DNA from: Nitrospirota bacterium
Lineage (GTDB): Bacteria; Nitrospirota; Thermodesulfovibrionia; Thermodesulfovibrionales; Dissulfurispiraceae
Direction: 5' to 3'
Length of the DNA stretch: 64,000 bases
Assembly (NCBI GenBank): GCA_963710375.1
Contig: CAVPZX010000004.1
Span: 224,001 to 288,000 of the forward strand
The notes beneath the pieces were generated by a model. It ran no database searches. It was not told the DNA's origin and saw nothing but the letters and a program-made list of their open reading frames with translations. A program made the position numbers and the translations under genes. The number at the start of each line of letters is the position of its first letter. Position 1 is the stretch's first letter. This document shows positions 11,913-22,109 of the stretch, piece by piece.

Positions 11913-12455
11913 ATGTCACGAATAGGTAAAAAGCCCATTACTATTCCGCAGGGAATAAACGTTGAAGTCAATCAGGACGTTATTAAAGTTAAAGGGAAGA
12001 AGGGCGAACTGAACTATACCTTCCCCGAAGGCATCAAGATATCAGTTGCCGATGGGAAGATCATTATTGAGAGGAGTAGTGATTCAAAGTCGCACAGGTC
12101 ACTCCACGGCCTTGCCAGAAGCCTTGTGTCTAACATGGTGAACGGTGTATCGCAGGGATATACAAGGGTACTGGAAATAACCGGCATTGGTTACCGGTCC
12201 CAGGTGAAGGGGACCAAACTTGCGTTTACATTGGGGTATTCTCATCCAATTGAATATCAGCTTCCCGAGGGGATAAAGGCTGCTGTTGATGAGAAGCAGA
12301 CGACTATCACATTGACCGGCATGGATAAACAACTGCTTGGTCAGGTTGCTGCCAATGTAAGGGAGTTAAGGCTGCCCGATGCCTATAAAGGCAAGGGAGT
12401 CAGGTATCAAGGTGAGCGGATCAAATTGAAGGCTGGAAAGACGGGTAAAAAATAG
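11913..12455 (+). CDS. rplF: 50S ribosomal protein L6
   Basis: MSRIGKKPI, PDAYKGKGVRY. Confidence 0.98.
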   Translation: MSRIGKKPITIPQGINVEVNQDVIKVKGKKGELNYTFPEGIKISVADGKIIIERSSDSKSHRSLHGLARSLVSNMVNGVSQGYTRVLEITGIGYRSQVKGTKLAFTLGYSHPIEYQLPEGIKAAVDEKQTTITLTGMDKQLLGQVAANVRELRLPDAYKGKGVRYQGERIKLKAGKTGKK

Positions 12456-12522
12456 GCTAAGGCTAAGGTTAAGGTTGAGAAAAAAGACTTAACGGGTTTT
12501 TCTTAACCTTAACCTTAACCTG
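12454..12522. repeat. Inverted tandem hexamer repeat hairpin
   Basis: AGGCTAAGGCTAAGGTTAAGGTTGAGAAAAA ... TTTTTCTTAACCTTAACCTTAACCTG between rplF and rplR. Confidence 0.8.
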
Positions 12523-12542
12523 TATTCTTGAAGGAGGATGTC

Positions 12543-12902
12543 GTGATTGTAAAGGAAGAGGCGAGGCAAAGGCGCCACAAAAGATTGAGGAAAAAGGTAT
12601 CCGGCAGCGTTGAGCGGCCGAGACTCTGCATTTACAAGAGCCTCAACCATATATATGCGCAGATTATCGACGATACGAAAGGTCATACTCTTATTACCGC
12701 ATCCTCGCTCGATAAGGAGTTGAAGGATGAAGGGGGACACAAGGGCAACACAGCCATGGCCAGACGGGTGGGTTTGCTGATAGCGTCGCGGGCGGTTCCT
12801 CTGGGAGTTAAAAAGATCGTATTTGACCGCGGTGGTTATAAATATCATGGTCGCATGAAAGCCCTCGCTGACGGTGCACGCGAAGGCGGCTTGGAATTTT
12901 AA
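12543..12902 (+). CDS. rplR: 50S ribosomal protein L18
   Basis: [34 protein letters not shown] start after GGAGG. Confidence 0.97.
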   Translation: MIVKEEARQRRHKRLRKKVSGSVERPRLCIYKSLNHIYAQIIDDTKGHTLITASSLDKELKDEGGHKGNTAMARRVGLLIASRAVPLGVKKIVFDRGGYKYHGRMKALADGAREGGLEF

Positions 12903-12908
12903 GTTGAT

Positions 12909-12994
12909 AATTACGAATTACGAATTAGGAATTACGAATTGTGGAAGAACATTATGGTCATTCATTGTTAATTCTTAATTCTTAATTCGTAATT
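12909..12994. repeat. Inverted tandem heptamer repeat (AATTACG / CKTAATT) hairpin
   Basis: AATTACG-like x4 ... GTTAATT CTTAATT CTTAATT CGTAATT between rplR and rpsE. Confidence 0.8.
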
Positions 12995-13006
12995 AAAAAA
13001 GGAGGT

Positions 13007-13546
13007 ATGGTGAAAACCGAAAGGATCGACGCTGAGGGGCTTAATTTAAAAGACAAGGTGGTCTATATAAACAGAGTTGCGAAGGTTGTTAAGGGAGGAA
13101 GGAGATTTTCCTTCAGCGCCCTTGTTGTCGTCGGCAGCGGAGACGGCATTGTCGGTGTTGGCAAGGGAAAGGCTTCAGAAGTGCCGGAAGCAATACGAAA
13201 GGCAGTGGAACAGGCCAAAAAACGCCTCATGCGGTTTGCCTTAAAAGAGGGAACCATTACGCACAAAATTATTGGAAAGTACGGTTCCAATGCAGTTGTC
13301 ATGAATCCGGCACCCAAGGGGACCGGCCTGATTGCAGGCGGCGCAGTCCGCGCGGTCTTTGAGGTTTCCGGTATCCACGATATTGTTGCAAAGGCGCTTG
13401 GCGGCCACAACCCTTTCAACACTGTTAGAGCGACACTGGATGGGCTCAGCCATTTAATGGACCCTGATGTTGTCAATAGACTAAGAGGCAAGGCCGAAGG
13501 GGAAGCCGTTGTGGAGGAAGAGAGCGAACAGGAGGTCAAAAGTTAA
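13007..13546 (+). CDS. rpsE: 30S ribosomal protein S5
   Basis: [21 protein letters not shown]. Confidence 0.98.
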   Translation: MVKTERIDAEGLNLKDKVVYINRVAKVVKGGRRFSFSALVVVGSGDGIVGVGKGKASEVPEAIRKAVEQAKKRLMRFALKEGTITHKIIGKYGSNAVVMNPAPKGTGLIAGGAVRAVFEVSGIHDIVAKALGGHNPFNTVRATLDGLSHLMDPDVVNRLRGKAEGEAVVEEESEQEVKS

Positions 13547-13549
13547 CCA

Positions 13550-13993
13550 ATGAAAATAGAGAATTTGTCACCGGCCCCAGGGAGCAGAAAAAAGCCAAAG
13601 AGAATAGGCAGGGGCATGGGTTCCGGACACGGAAAGACTGCTACCAAGGGACATAAAGGACAGAAAGCGCGCTCCGGCGGCAACAAAGGGCCGGCCTTTG
13701 AAGGTGGACAGACGCCGCTCCAGAGAAGGCTTCCCAAGAGGGGATTCTCGAATAGGCCCTTCAAGAAAGAATACTCAATTGTGAACCTGGACGATATCGC
13801 AAAGCTTGCCGATATCGACACAGTAACGCCCGAAATCCTGATTAAACACAAGATTATAAGAGAATTGAAGGATGGTCTTAAAGTTCTGGGCGATGGTGAC
13901 ATAACCAGGCCTATTATTATTAAGGCACATGCATTCAGCGCTTCTGCGGTATCCAAAATAACTGCAGCCGGCGGCAAGTCCGAGGTATTATAG
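13550..13993 (+). CDS. rplO: 50S ribosomal protein L15
   Basis: [28 protein letters not shown]. Confidence 0.98.
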   Translation: MKIENLSPAPGSRKKPKRIGRGMGSGHGKTATKGHKGQKARSGGNKGPAFEGGQTPLQRRLPKRGFSNRPFKKEYSIVNLDDIAKLADIDTVTPEILIKHKIIRELKDGLKVLGDGDITRPIIIKAHAFSASAVSKITAAGGKSEVL

Positions 13994-13995
13994 CT

Positions 13996-15303
13996 TTGGG
14001 CTTACTGGCCAGCATTCAAAACATCTTTAAAATCGCCGAATTAAAAAACAGGGTGCTGTTTACGCTCAGTCTGCTCGCAGTTTACAGAATGGGCGCGCAT
14101 ATCCCTACGCCAGGCATCAATAGTGAGGCGCTGAGCAAGTTCCTTACTGAAAAGGGCGGGGCGATGATGGGCTTTTTTGATATGTTCTCAGGCGGCGCCC
14201 TTTCGAGGGTCACGATTTTTGCACTGGGAATCATGCCGTATATCAGCGCTTCGATTATCTTTCAGCTCCTTACAGTGGTTATCCCCAGCCTGGGCAAACT
14301 TGCAAAAGAAGGAGAGTCCGGCAGGAAAAGGATCGTCAAATATACCAGATTCGCCACAGTTGGTATCGGCGCTATACAGTCTTTCGGCATAGCTGTCGGC
14401 CTGGAAGGAATGGCTGGAGGACAATTCATTCAGAACCCTGGCTGGAGCTTCAGAATTATGACTATGATCACCCTTACCTCCGGGACTGCATTTCTTATGT
14501 GGCTTGGAGAACAGATAACGGAGAGAGGTATTGGAAATGGCATTTCCCTCATCATTTTTGCAGGCATAGCTGCCCGGTTTCCTAACGCTGTATTCAGCAC
14601 ATTCAGTTTGGTAAGGGCCGGTGAGCTATCGATATTCTTCGTCATTTTGCTTACAGTAATTATGGTGGCGGTTATCGGCGGCATCATCTTTATCGAGAGG
14701 GGGCAGAGGAAGATTCCGGTCCAGTATGCAAAGCGGGTGATTGGCAGGAAAGTTTTCGGCGGTCAGAGCACTCATCTTCCCTTAAAGGTAAACACCGCTG
14801 GAGTTATTCCCCCCATCTTTGCTTCTTCTATAATTATGTTCCCGGCAACGGTTGCCGGATTCATTGCAGTGCCATGGGTGCAGGCCATTGCCAAACAGTT
14901 GGCTCCAGGTACGCCGACTTACACCCTTCTATATGTAGGTATGATTTTCTTTTTCAGTTATTTTTATACAGCGGTGATATTCAACCCGGTCGATATTGCC
15001 GAAAACCTGCAAAAGCATGGAGGCTTCATTCCCGGTATCAGACCGGGACAGAAGACAACTGAATACATCTACCGTGTACTTACGCGTTTGACTTTTGTGG
15101 GGGCTCTTTACCTTGCCATAGTGTGTGTAATGCCGGAGCTGCTCATCAAACGGTTCAATGTACCTTTTTACTTTGGCGGAACATCTCTCCTGATAGCCGT
15201 AGGCGTTGCCCTCGACACAGTCTCACAGATAGAATCTCACTTGTTAACCAGGTCTTACGAGGGTTTTCTCCAGAGAGGTAAATTGAAAGGCAGAAGAGAT
15301 TAA
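13996..15303 (+). CDS. secY: Preprotein translocase SecY
   Basis: FALGIMPYISASII, WLGEQITERGIGNGISL, IPGIRPG. Confidence 0.98.
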   Translation: MGLLASIQNIFKIAELKNRVLFTLSLLAVYRMGAHIPTPGINSEALSKFLTEKGGAMMGFFDMFSGGALSRVTIFALGIMPYISASIIFQLLTVVIPSLGKLAKEGESGRKRIVKYTRFATVGIGAIQSFGIAVGLEGMAGGQFIQNPGWSFRIMTMITLTSGTAFLMWLGEQITERGIGNGISLIIFAGIAARFPNAVFSTFSLVRAGELSIFFVILLTVIMVAVIGGIIFIERGQRKIPVQYAKRVIGRKVFGGQSTHLPLKVNTAGVIPPIFASSIIMFPATVAGFIAVPWVQAIAKQLAPGTPTYTLLYVGMIFFFSYFYTAVIFNPVDIAENLQKHGGFIPGIRPGQKTTEYIYRVLTRLTFVGALYLAIVCVMPELLIKRFNVPFYFGGTSLLIAVGVALDTVSQIESHLLTRSYEGFLQRGKLKGRRD

Positions 15304-15315
15304 CATTACTGCACT

Positions 15316-16065
15316 GTGATAATCGTAAAGTCCAAAAGAGAGATAGAAAAAATTGCAGCTGCGTGCCGTATCGTAGCAGAGATTCTGAAGAACCTGAAGT
15401 CCTTTATTGCGGTGGATATAACGACTGCCGACATAGAAGCGTACGTGAAGGACCAGATAAAGAAGCGGAACGCAATTTCGGCCTTTATGGGATATAGGGG
15501 GTATCCGGCAAGCACGTGCACATCGGTCAATGACCAGGTGGTGCATGGCATCCCGTCCCGGATGTCCAGATTGAAAAGCGGCGACATAATTAGTATTGAT
15601 TTGGGCGTTGTCCTGGAAGGGTTTTACGGCGACGCAGCTCTGACTTTTCCAGTTGGCGTTGTGGATGATGAGGCACGGAAGTTGATGTCGGTAACCGAAG
15701 AGGCCCTATATGCAGGGATAAAGAATGCTGTGGTGGGAAACAGGGTCTCGGACATTTCGGCTGCCATTCAGCAGCATGTAGAGTCCAACGGTTTTTCTGT
15801 CGTGAGGGCATTTGTCGGACATGGAATCGGGCGCTCTTTGCATGAGGATCCCCAAGTGCCGAACTTTGGTGAATCCGGCCGGGGGCCTCGACTTAAGGAG
15901 GGAATGACCTTGGCAATTGAGCCTATGGTTAACGCCGGTTGTGCGGACGTTAACATACTCGATGACGGATGGACAGCCGTTACTGCTGATGGCCGGTTGT
16001 CCGCTCACTTTGAACATACTATTGCTATAACTAAAAGTGTTCCGGTAATCTTGACTAAAATTTAG
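15316..16065 (+). CDS. map: Methionine aminopeptidase type I
   Basis: VVHGIP, GHGIG, AIEPM, SAHFEHT. Confidence 0.97.
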   Translation: MIIVKSKREIEKIAAACRIVAEILKNLKSFIAVDITTADIEAYVKDQIKKRNAISAFMGYRGYPASTCTSVNDQVVHGIPSRMSRLKSGDIISIDLGVVLEGFYGDAALTFPVGVVDDEARKLMSVTEEALYAGIKNAVVGNRVSDISAAIQQHVESNGFSVVRAFVGHGIGRSLHEDPQVPNFGESGRGPRLKEGMTLAIEPMVNAGCADVNILDDGWTAVTADGRLSAHFEHTIAITKSVPVILTKI

Positions 16066-16092
16066 TATACAGGTATAATGATAGGCTTACGC

Positions 16093-16311
16093 ATGGCGAA
16101 AGAAGAAAATATTGAAGTGTCGGGAACAATCGTCGAAACTCTGCCAAACGCGATGTTCAGGGTTGCTCTCGAAAACGGCCAAATTATACTTGCATACGTA
16201 TCCGGCAAGATGCGGATGCATTTTATAAAGATATTGCCTGGGGACAAAGTTACTATCGAGCTTTCCCCATATGATCTGACTAAGGGCCGTATAACGTATA
16301 GATTCAAATAG
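16093..16311 (+). CDS. infA: Translation initiation factor IF-1
   Basis: MAKEE...LPNAMFRV...[10 protein letters not shown]. Confidence 0.97.
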   Translation: MAKEENIEVSGTIVETLPNAMFRVALENGQIILAYVSGKMRMHFIKILPGDKVTIELSPYDLTKGRITYRFK

Positions 16312-16374
16312 TGAACGGCGGTTTGCAGTACGTGCCTACTGCCTGCTGTTTAGTATCTTTTAGGGGGATGAATT

Positions 16375-16488
16375 ATGAAGGTAAAGCCTTCTGTAAAACC
16401 GGTATGTTCCAAGTGTAAGATAGTGAAGAGAAAAGGCGTTGTCAGGATCCTCTGTGAAAACCCGAGGCATAAGCAGAGGCAGGGATAG
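16375..16488 (+). CDS. rpmJ: 50S ribosomal protein L36
   Basis: Manual translation [37 protein letters not shown] (37 aa, below track cutoff). Confidence 0.97.
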   Translation: MKVKPSVKPVCSKCKIVKRKGVVRILCENPRHKQRQG

Positions 16489-16549
16489 CGACAAGGCTTG
16501 TTGTACATGGTATTATTTAACAATTTTATGGATGACAAAGGAGTAGAGC

Positions 16550-16918
16550 ATGGCAAGAATTGCTGGCGTTGATCTGCCGAAGAATGAGCGCGTCGAGATT
16601 GGGCTTACGCGCATATTTGGCATTGGAAGGGCTTTATCGAATAAGATATTAAAAGAGATCAATGTAAATCCCGATATACGCGTCAAGGACCTTACTGACG
16701 CGGATGTCGTTAAGATCAGGAGCAGCATAGAAAAAGAGTATAAGGTCGAGGGCGATCTCAGGCGCGAAGTTGGGATGAATGTAAAGAGGCTCACCGATAT
16801 TGGATGTTATAGGGGAACGAGGCATTCTGCACATTTGCCGGTGAGAGGCCAAAGGACAAAGACCAATGCGCGGACCCGCCGTGGCCCGCGGAAGCTTGTG
16901 CTGAGGAAAAAGTCATAA
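16550..16918 (+). CDS. rpsM: 30S ribosomal protein S13
   Basis: [25 protein letters not shown]. Confidence 0.98.
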   Translation: MARIAGVDLPKNERVEIGLTRIFGIGRALSNKILKEINVNPDIRVKDLTDADVVKIRSSIEKEYKVEGDLRREVGMNVKRLTDIGCYRGTRHSAHLPVRGQRTKTNARTRRGPRKLVLRKKS

Positions 16919-16934
16919 GGAGGACTGGTATATA

Positions 16935-17321
16935 ATGGCGCAGAAGAAGAGAGTCGGCAAGAAAGTCAAGAAGCATATTGCAAACGGCACTGCTCATATA
17001 CAGACTACTTTTAACAATACGATTATCACTATAACCGATACCACTGGCAATGTTATTGCCTGGTCAAGTGCGGGAAGTCTCGGATTCAAGGGGTCGCGGA
17101 AGGGCACGCCTTTTGCCGCTCAGATAGCATCCGAGACAGCAGCCAAAAAGGCCATGGAAGTGGGCCTCAGGCAGGTTGACGTGTTCGTCAAAGGTCCGGG
17201 GGCTGGAAGAGAGACGGCAATCAGGGCCTTGCAAGCGGCGGGACTGGAAATTACGCTGATTAAGGATGTTACCCCGGTGCCCCATAACGGTTGCAGGCCG
17301 CCTAAAAGGAGGAGAGTGTAA
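16935..17321 (+). CDS. rpsK: 30S ribosomal protein S11
   Basis: [26 protein letters not shown]. Confidence 0.98.
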   Translation: MAQKKRVGKKVKKHIANGTAHIQTTFNNTIITITDTTGNVIAWSSAGSLGFKGSRKGTPFAAQIASETAAKKAMEVGLRQVDVFVKGPGAGRETAIRALQAAGLEITLIKDVTPVPHNGCRPPKRRRV

Positions 17322-17948
17322 ATGGCTAGATACACGGGCCCGTTGTGCAGGCTTTGCAGAAGAGAGGGAGAAAAACTCTTTTTAAAGGGCACAAGGTGCT
17401 ATACCGAGAAATGTGGCGTGGAACGGAGGAAATACCCTCCAGGACAGCATGGCCAGAGCAGGGGTAAACTCTCCGATTATGGGATGCAGTTGAGGGAGAA
17501 ACAGAAAGTCAGAAGAGTATACTGGATAATGGAGGACCAGTTCAGGAATTATTTTGAGAAGGCTTCCAGGCTGAAGGGCATCACAGGTGAAGTATTACTT
17601 CAATTATTGGAAAGCAGGCTCGATAATGTGGTGTATAGGATGGGCTTTGCTCTTAATAGAAGAGAGTCAAGACAACTTGTCAGGCATGGTCATTTTACTG
17701 TGAACGGAAAGAAAGTTGATATACCATCATATATTTTAAAGGACGGCGATATAGTTGCAGTTGCTGAACAGAGCAGGGAACTCCAGGCTATCACGGAGAG
17801 CTTATCTATTGCTGAACACAGAGGATTCCCTGAATGGGTTGAGGTTGATACCAAAAACCTGACCGGAAAGTTTGCAAGGGTGCCTTCCCGTGATGAAATA
17901 CAATTACCGGTACAGGAGCAGCTCATAGTCGAGCTTTACTCAAAGTAA
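17322..17948 (+). CDS. rpsD: 30S ribosomal protein S4
   Basis: [27 protein letters not shown]. Confidence 0.98.
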   Translation: MARYTGPLCRLCRREGEKLFLKGTRCYTEKCGVERRKYPPGQHGQSRGKLSDYGMQLREKQKVRRVYWIMEDQFRNYFEKASRLKGITGEVLLQLLESRLDNVVYRMGFALNRRESRQLVRHGHFTVNGKKVDIPSYILKDGDIVAVAEQSRELQAITESLSIAEHRGFPEWVEVDTKNLTGKFARVPSRDEIQLPVQEQLIVELYSK

Positions 17949-17985
17949 CGGAATCCCCGAAAAGTCGTCAGACTTTTTTGGGGTG
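17949..17985 (-). repeat. REP-like palindromic element, copy 2
   Basis: Reverse complement CACCCCAAAAAAGTCTGACGACTTTTCGGGGATTCCG. Confidence 0.65.
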
Positions 17986-18078
17986 TAAAGTAGCCGGGTG
18001 CGTCCGAAGGATATCTGAAAAGAGTTCCTCGGTAATAATTTATGAAACATAGAAAATAAAGGCATAGGAGACCGTATT

Positions 18079-19086
18079 ATGGATCTTGTAAAAAAAGGCT
18101 TTCAACTGCCTCAAAAGATTATTTTTGAAGAAGAGACCCTTACGGATTATTATGGAAAGCTTGTTGCCGAGCCGCTTGAGCGTGGATATGGAACGACCAT
18201 TGGTAATTCGCTTCGCAGGGTTTTGCTTTCCTCGATAGAAGGTGCGGCTGTTACCGGAATCAGGATGCCCGGTGTCTTGCATGAGTTTTCTGCCATAAAA
18301 TCAGTAAAAGAAGATGTTGTTGACATTGTGCTTAATGTAAAAAAGCTTAGGTTCAAGGTGTACTCAGAAGGAACAAGTATTGTTTCGATAAAGGTAAAAG
18401 GGCCCAAAGTGGTTACCGCCGCTGATATAGAGACTGATGCCAATGTCGAGGTCTTGAATAACGACTGTTATATTGCAACGGTAGACAACAATGCCACATT
18501 CGAGATGGAATTGTATGTCAGGAAGGGCAAGGGCTATGTGGCCGCAGAGTTAAATAAGGAGCAAGATCTGCCGATTGATGTGATTGCGGTGGATTCCATT
18601 TACAGTCCAGTAAAGAAGGTGAATTTCTGGGTTGAAAAAGCGAGGGTTGGACGTTCGACTGATTATGACCGGCTTGTATTGGAGCTATGGACTGATAGTG
18701 GTATAACTCCTGAAAAGGCGGTCAGCGATGCTGCTTCAATATTGATGGACCACCTCGACCTGTTTATTTTTCTTGAGGAGGAAAATATTACTGAAGAGTC
18801 ACCCCGGACAGCAGCCGTTGTTGACTTGACAAGAATATCTAATGAGAACCTGCTGAAGAGCATTGATGAGCTTGAACTATCAGTTAGGTCGTATAATTGC
18901 CTGAAAAATGCTAATATCAAGACCATTTCCGATCTTGTGCAAAGGACCGAACATGAAATGCTCAAGACCAAGAATTTCGGCCGTAAGTCACTCAATGAAA
19001 TAAAGAATATCCTTAATTCGATGGGATTGAGTTTCGGCATGCGGATTGATATGAATGAGTTTGAAGGCAGTGCTTCAAAATCTTAG
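18079..19086 (+). CDS. rpoA: RNA polymerase alpha subunit
   Basis: [40 protein letters not shown]. Confidence 0.98.
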   Translation: MDLVKKGFQLPQKIIFEEETLTDYYGKLVAEPLERGYGTTIGNSLRRVLLSSIEGAAVTGIRMPGVLHEFSAIKSVKEDVVDIVLNVKKLRFKVYSEGTSIVSIKVKGPKVVTAADIETDANVEVLNNDCYIATVDNNATFEMELYVRKGKGYVAAELNKEQDLPIDVIAVDSIYSPVKKVNFWVEKARVGRSTDYDRLVLELWTDSGITPEKAVSDAASILMDHLDLFIFLEEENITEESPRTAAVVDLTRISNENLLKSIDELELSVRSYNCLKNANIKTISDLVQRTEHEMLKTKNFGRKSLNEIKNILNSMGLSFGMRIDMNEFEGSASKS

Positions 19087-19104
19087 AGGAGGTACTGAGC
19101 AACG

Positions 19105-19506
19105 ATGAACCATAAAGTCGCAGGCAGGCATTTTGGAAGAACGGCGAACCAGAGAAAGGCATTACTCCGCGGCCTCGTATCGTCTCTTTTTGAGCACCAG
19201 AGAATCGAAACAACACTCGCGAGGGCCAAGGCTATTAAAAGCATAGCTGAAGAGCTGGTAACCTTTGGCAAGCGTGGCGACCTTCATTCAAAAAGAATGG
19301 TGCTGTCCTATATACCTAACAGAACGGTGGTATCTAAGCTTTTTTCCGATATAGCCCCCAGATTTACCGATAAGAATGGCGGTTATTTAAGGATTGTGCA
19401 GACCCGGCAAAGGGTCAATGACCGTGCCCCTATGGCCATCGTAGAGTTTGTTGATTATGAAAATATCGCTCCCAAGAAAGAGGGTAAGGCTGAGGCGAAG
19501 AAATGA
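19105..19506 (+). CDS. rplQ: 50S ribosomal protein L17
   Basis: IETTLARAK, GGYLRI. Confidence 0.97.
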   Translation: MNHKVAGRHFGRTANQRKALLRGLVSSLFEHQRIETTLARAKAIKSIAEELVTFGKRGDLHSKRMVLSYIPNRTVVSKLFSDIAPRFTDKNGGYLRIVQTRQRVNDRAPMAIVEFVDYENIAPKKEGKAEAKK

Positions 19507-19637
19507 ATGATATCGTTATTGGTGCTCTCATCCTTGTTGTCTTGGTAATACTCCAGTTGTTCATATTCCCAAGACTTGGAGTTAACACCTGAATCGTGTC
19601 CCGCAAGGGTTCGGGGAAATCCAAAAAATGTAAATGA
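19503..19637 (+). CDS. Putative 44-aa single-TM selenoprotein (in-frame TGA 19590-19592); 29-aa peptide if TGA is a stop
   Basis: ATG overlaps rplQ stop (ATGA); MNDIVIGALILVVLVILQLFIFPRLGVNT-U-IVSRKGSGKSKKCK; hairpin after TGA; terminator follows the second stop. Confidence 0.55.
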
Positions 19638-19638
19638 G

Positions 19639-19662
19639 GCGGCCCATTCGGCCGCTTTTTTT
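19639..19662 (+). terminator. Rho-independent terminator ending the r-protein superoperon
   Basis: GCGGCC-CATTC-GGCCGC followed by T7. Confidence 0.85.
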
Positions 19663-19712
19663 ATGGCTTTTTTATGGCCATGAGTCCTAAGGCATAGGTT
19701 ATAATAACTATA

Positions 19713-19973
19713 ATGCAATTTGACGGTATTACGCTAATCGGATTAGTAGCAGCCGTGCTCACGACCTCATCATTGGTTCCCCAGGTGATAAAGACTTGGA
19801 AGCTGAAAGAGACGAGGGACATCTCTCTTTTGATGTTTATTTTCATGGGGGCCGGTTTGTTTCTGTGGATGATATATGGTTTTTTTTTGCACAACCTGCC
19901 GATTATTGCAGCAAACGGCGTATCTTTTACTTTTGTTTTGATAATCCTCTTCTTTAAAGCCAAATACGGGTAA
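19713..19973 (+). CDS. SemiSWEET/PQ-loop family transporter
   Basis: LTTSSLVPQVIKTWK..ETRDIS, LWMIYG, IIAAN; 3 TM. Confidence 0.9.
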   Translation: MQFDGITLIGLVAAVLTTSSLVPQVIKTWKLKETRDISLLMFIFMGAGLFLWMIYGFFLHNLPIIAANGVSFTFVLIILFFKAKYG

Positions 19974-19976
19974 CCT

Positions 19977-20016
19977 GCACCCCAGAAAATCTTTGACTTT
20001 TTGGGGACCCCGTGCG
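19977..20016 (+). repeat. REP-like palindromic element, copy 3
   Basis: GCACCCCAGAAAATCTTTGACTTTTTGGGGACCCCGTGCG. Confidence 0.7.
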
Positions 20017-20062
20017 CTGACCTACTACCTATTAGTCTTTCTTATTTAGGCTATTCGTATAG

Positions 20063-20131
20063 TTGACATCAAAGCCTTTGTTTGCTAGAGTTTGATTGAA
20101 AGCCAGAAAAAAAAGAGTTGCACTATGCAAC
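20063..20131 (+). promoter_or_regulatory. sigma70 promoter of hydrogenase operon with downstream palindromic operator
   Basis: TTGACA-17-TAGAGT (TG-extended); GTTGCA-CTA-TGCAAC at 20117-20131. Confidence 0.5.
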
Positions 20132-20188
20132 CATGGACTTCCTAATGAAACATATAGTCATAACAGCAGGTGATTTAAAGAGGAATAT

Positions 20189-21265
20189 ATGAAAGACGTG
20201 CAATATGTTGTGCTGAGAAAAGAGCAGTTTGACGGTTTTATTTCAAGGCTGTCAAAATTGCAGAAGGTAGTTGCGCCTGTATCCAGGGGGTACAATAATT
20301 TTTCCTTTGAAGAGGTAACCGCAGGGGACAGCGTAGCTCTTAAATATATTCCGACCATATTACCTCCTAAAAAATTTTTCATGCCTAGGCGTGAGACTCT
20401 GCTAGAGTTTGATACAAGCGAGGGACTGAATGCCCAGGCGGTTGTAGAATATGAAAAAATGACAATCTTCGGGGTCCATACCTGTGACCTTGCCGGAATC
20501 CAGTGCCTGAACATGGTATTTTCGGAGCGTCCCAGAGATTACAATTACCTAATGCACAAACGGAAAATAAATATCATTGGTTTGGAATGCAATGAATATT
20601 GCGATGAATATGCGAGCTGCGCTCTTGTGAACGCAAACATGCCCAGCGGCGGCTATGATCTGTTTTTTACCGATCTTGGTGACTGTTTCATTGTGCATAT
20701 TAATACCCAAATGGGGGAGGATATCATTGAGACAGCCAAGGTTTTTGAGAGCGCCGATACGACCCATCTGGAAGAATTGGCCGGATTGAGGAAAAGGAAA
20801 AGGGCCCTTTTCAGGAATGAAGTCCCTGTTGAGTCGAGATATATACCGGAGCTTTTTGACCGGTCTTATAATAGCGGTGTGTGGGATGAGTTGAATGAAA
20901 GATGTCTGGCATGCGGGAACTGCACGAATGTTTGCCCGACATGCTATTGTTTTGATATAAAAGATGAAATGAACCTGGACCTCAAGACAGGAACGCGATA
21001 CAGGGTATGGGATTCTTGTCAGCTTGAGACATTTGCCAAGATAGCGGGAGGAGAAAATTTCAGAAAGGAACGCTCCTTAAGACAGAAGCACCGTTATTAC
21101 CGAAAATTCAGATATCCGGTTGACAGGTTTTCAAGATTTTTTTGTACGGGGTGCGGCAGGTGCAGCCGTACCTGCATGGCAGGCATTAGGCTTAAGGACA
21201 CCCTGAATACTTTAATAGAAGAGTTTGAGGGGACGGTCAGCACTATAATGAAGGGGAACTATTAG
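20189..21265 (+). CDS. Group 3b [NiFe]-hydrogenase/sulfhydrogenase beta subunit (AsrA-like 4Fe-4S)
   Basis: CLACGNCTNVCPTCYCF, R.WDSC, CTGCGRCSRTC. Confidence 0.88.
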   Translation: MKDVQYVVLRKEQFDGFISRLSKLQKVVAPVSRGYNNFSFEEVTAGDSVALKYIPTILPPKKFFMPRRETLLEFDTSEGLNAQAVVEYEKMTIFGVHTCDLAGIQCLNMVFSERPRDYNYLMHKRKINIIGLECNEYCDEYASCALVNANMPSGGYDLFFTDLGDCFIVHINTQMGEDIIETAKVFESADTTHLEELAGLRKRKRALFRNEVPVESRYIPELFDRSYNSGVWDELNERCLACGNCTNVCPTCYCFDIKDEMNLDLKTGTRYRVWDSCQLETFAKIAGGENFRKERSLRQKHRYYRKFRYPVDRFSRFFCTGCGRCSRTCMAGIRLKDTLNTLIEEFEGTVSTIMKGNY

Positions 21266-21268
21266 GCT

Positions 21269-22108
21269 ATGAAAAAACTAGCTTTGGCAGAGTCTCGCTA
21301 TAACGTGAGAAAGGGTAAAATTGTTCGTACGAAACAGATGACAGCATATGAAAAGTTGTTCGAAATAGTACTGGAAGGAGCTGGAAGGCTCGACCACGAA
21401 CCAGGGCAGTTCATAATGCTGTCCCTGTTCGGTGTGGGCGAGATCCCCATATCCATATCTTCTTCTCCGACAAACGTCAGCGACTCTTTTGAGATATGCG
21501 TTAGGGCTGTCGGAAAGGTCACGAACGCCCTGCACAAACTGGAGGCTGGAGATGAGGTCGGTATCAGGGGGCCGTTAGGCAAAGGCTTTCCTATCAGAAT
21601 ATTTGAAGGGAATGACCTGTTAATTGTGGCTGGAGGGTTGGGTATAGCACCCTTGCGTTCTTTGATTAAGTATGTATTTGACAACCGGAGGGATTTTGGG
21701 AAAGTTCATATATTGCTGGGCTGCAAAAGCCCCAGTGATATACTTTTCTTTGACGAGATCGAACAATGGAATAAGCGAATGGATGTTCATTATGAATGTA
21801 CTGTAGACCGTGCCGTTCCGGAATGGCAGGGGCACGTAGGACTTATTACAACGCTTATACCTGGCGTTGACATTGAACCGGAAAGGACCTTTGCCGTAGT
21901 GGTCGGTCCGCCGGTCATGTATAAGTTTGTGATAAGGGAACTTCTGGCAAAGAACATACCCGGGCGTCAGATACTGTTATCCTTTGAGCGGCACATGAAA
22001 TGCGGCCTCGGTAAATGCGGTCACTGCCAGATTCAGCATGTATATGCCTGCCAGGATGGTCCGGTATTTAGTTACGAAGAAATCAAATATTTACAAGAGA
22101 CCTATTGA
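21269..22108 (+). CDS. Group 3b hydrogenase gamma subunit (FAD/NAD(P)-binding, 2Fe-2S)
   Basis: PGQF, RGPLG, AGGLGIAPLRS, MKCGLGKCGHCQ...CQDGPVF. Confidence 0.9.
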   Translation: MKKLALAESRYNVRKGKIVRTKQMTAYEKLFEIVLEGAGRLDHEPGQFIMLSLFGVGEIPISISSSPTNVSDSFEICVRAVGKVTNALHKLEAGDEVGIRGPLGKGFPIRIFEGNDLLIVAGGLGIAPLRSLIKYVFDNRRDFGKVHILLGCKSPSDILFFDEIEQWNKRMDVHYECTVDRAVPEWQGHVGLITTLIPGVDIEPERTFAVVVGPPVMYKFVIRELLAKNIPGRQILLSFERHMKCGLGKCGHCQIQHVYACQDGPVFSYEEIKYLQETY

Positions 22109-22109
22109 T

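Noticed and set aside
7589..12994. Possible CRISPR array
   Set aside because: Units are 6-7 nt tandem and inverted, with no 25-40 nt repeat/spacer periodicity and no cas genes
16310..16350. Possible further heptamer hairpins after infA and after clpP (~28010-28050)
   Set aside because: Too degenerate to define arms with confidence
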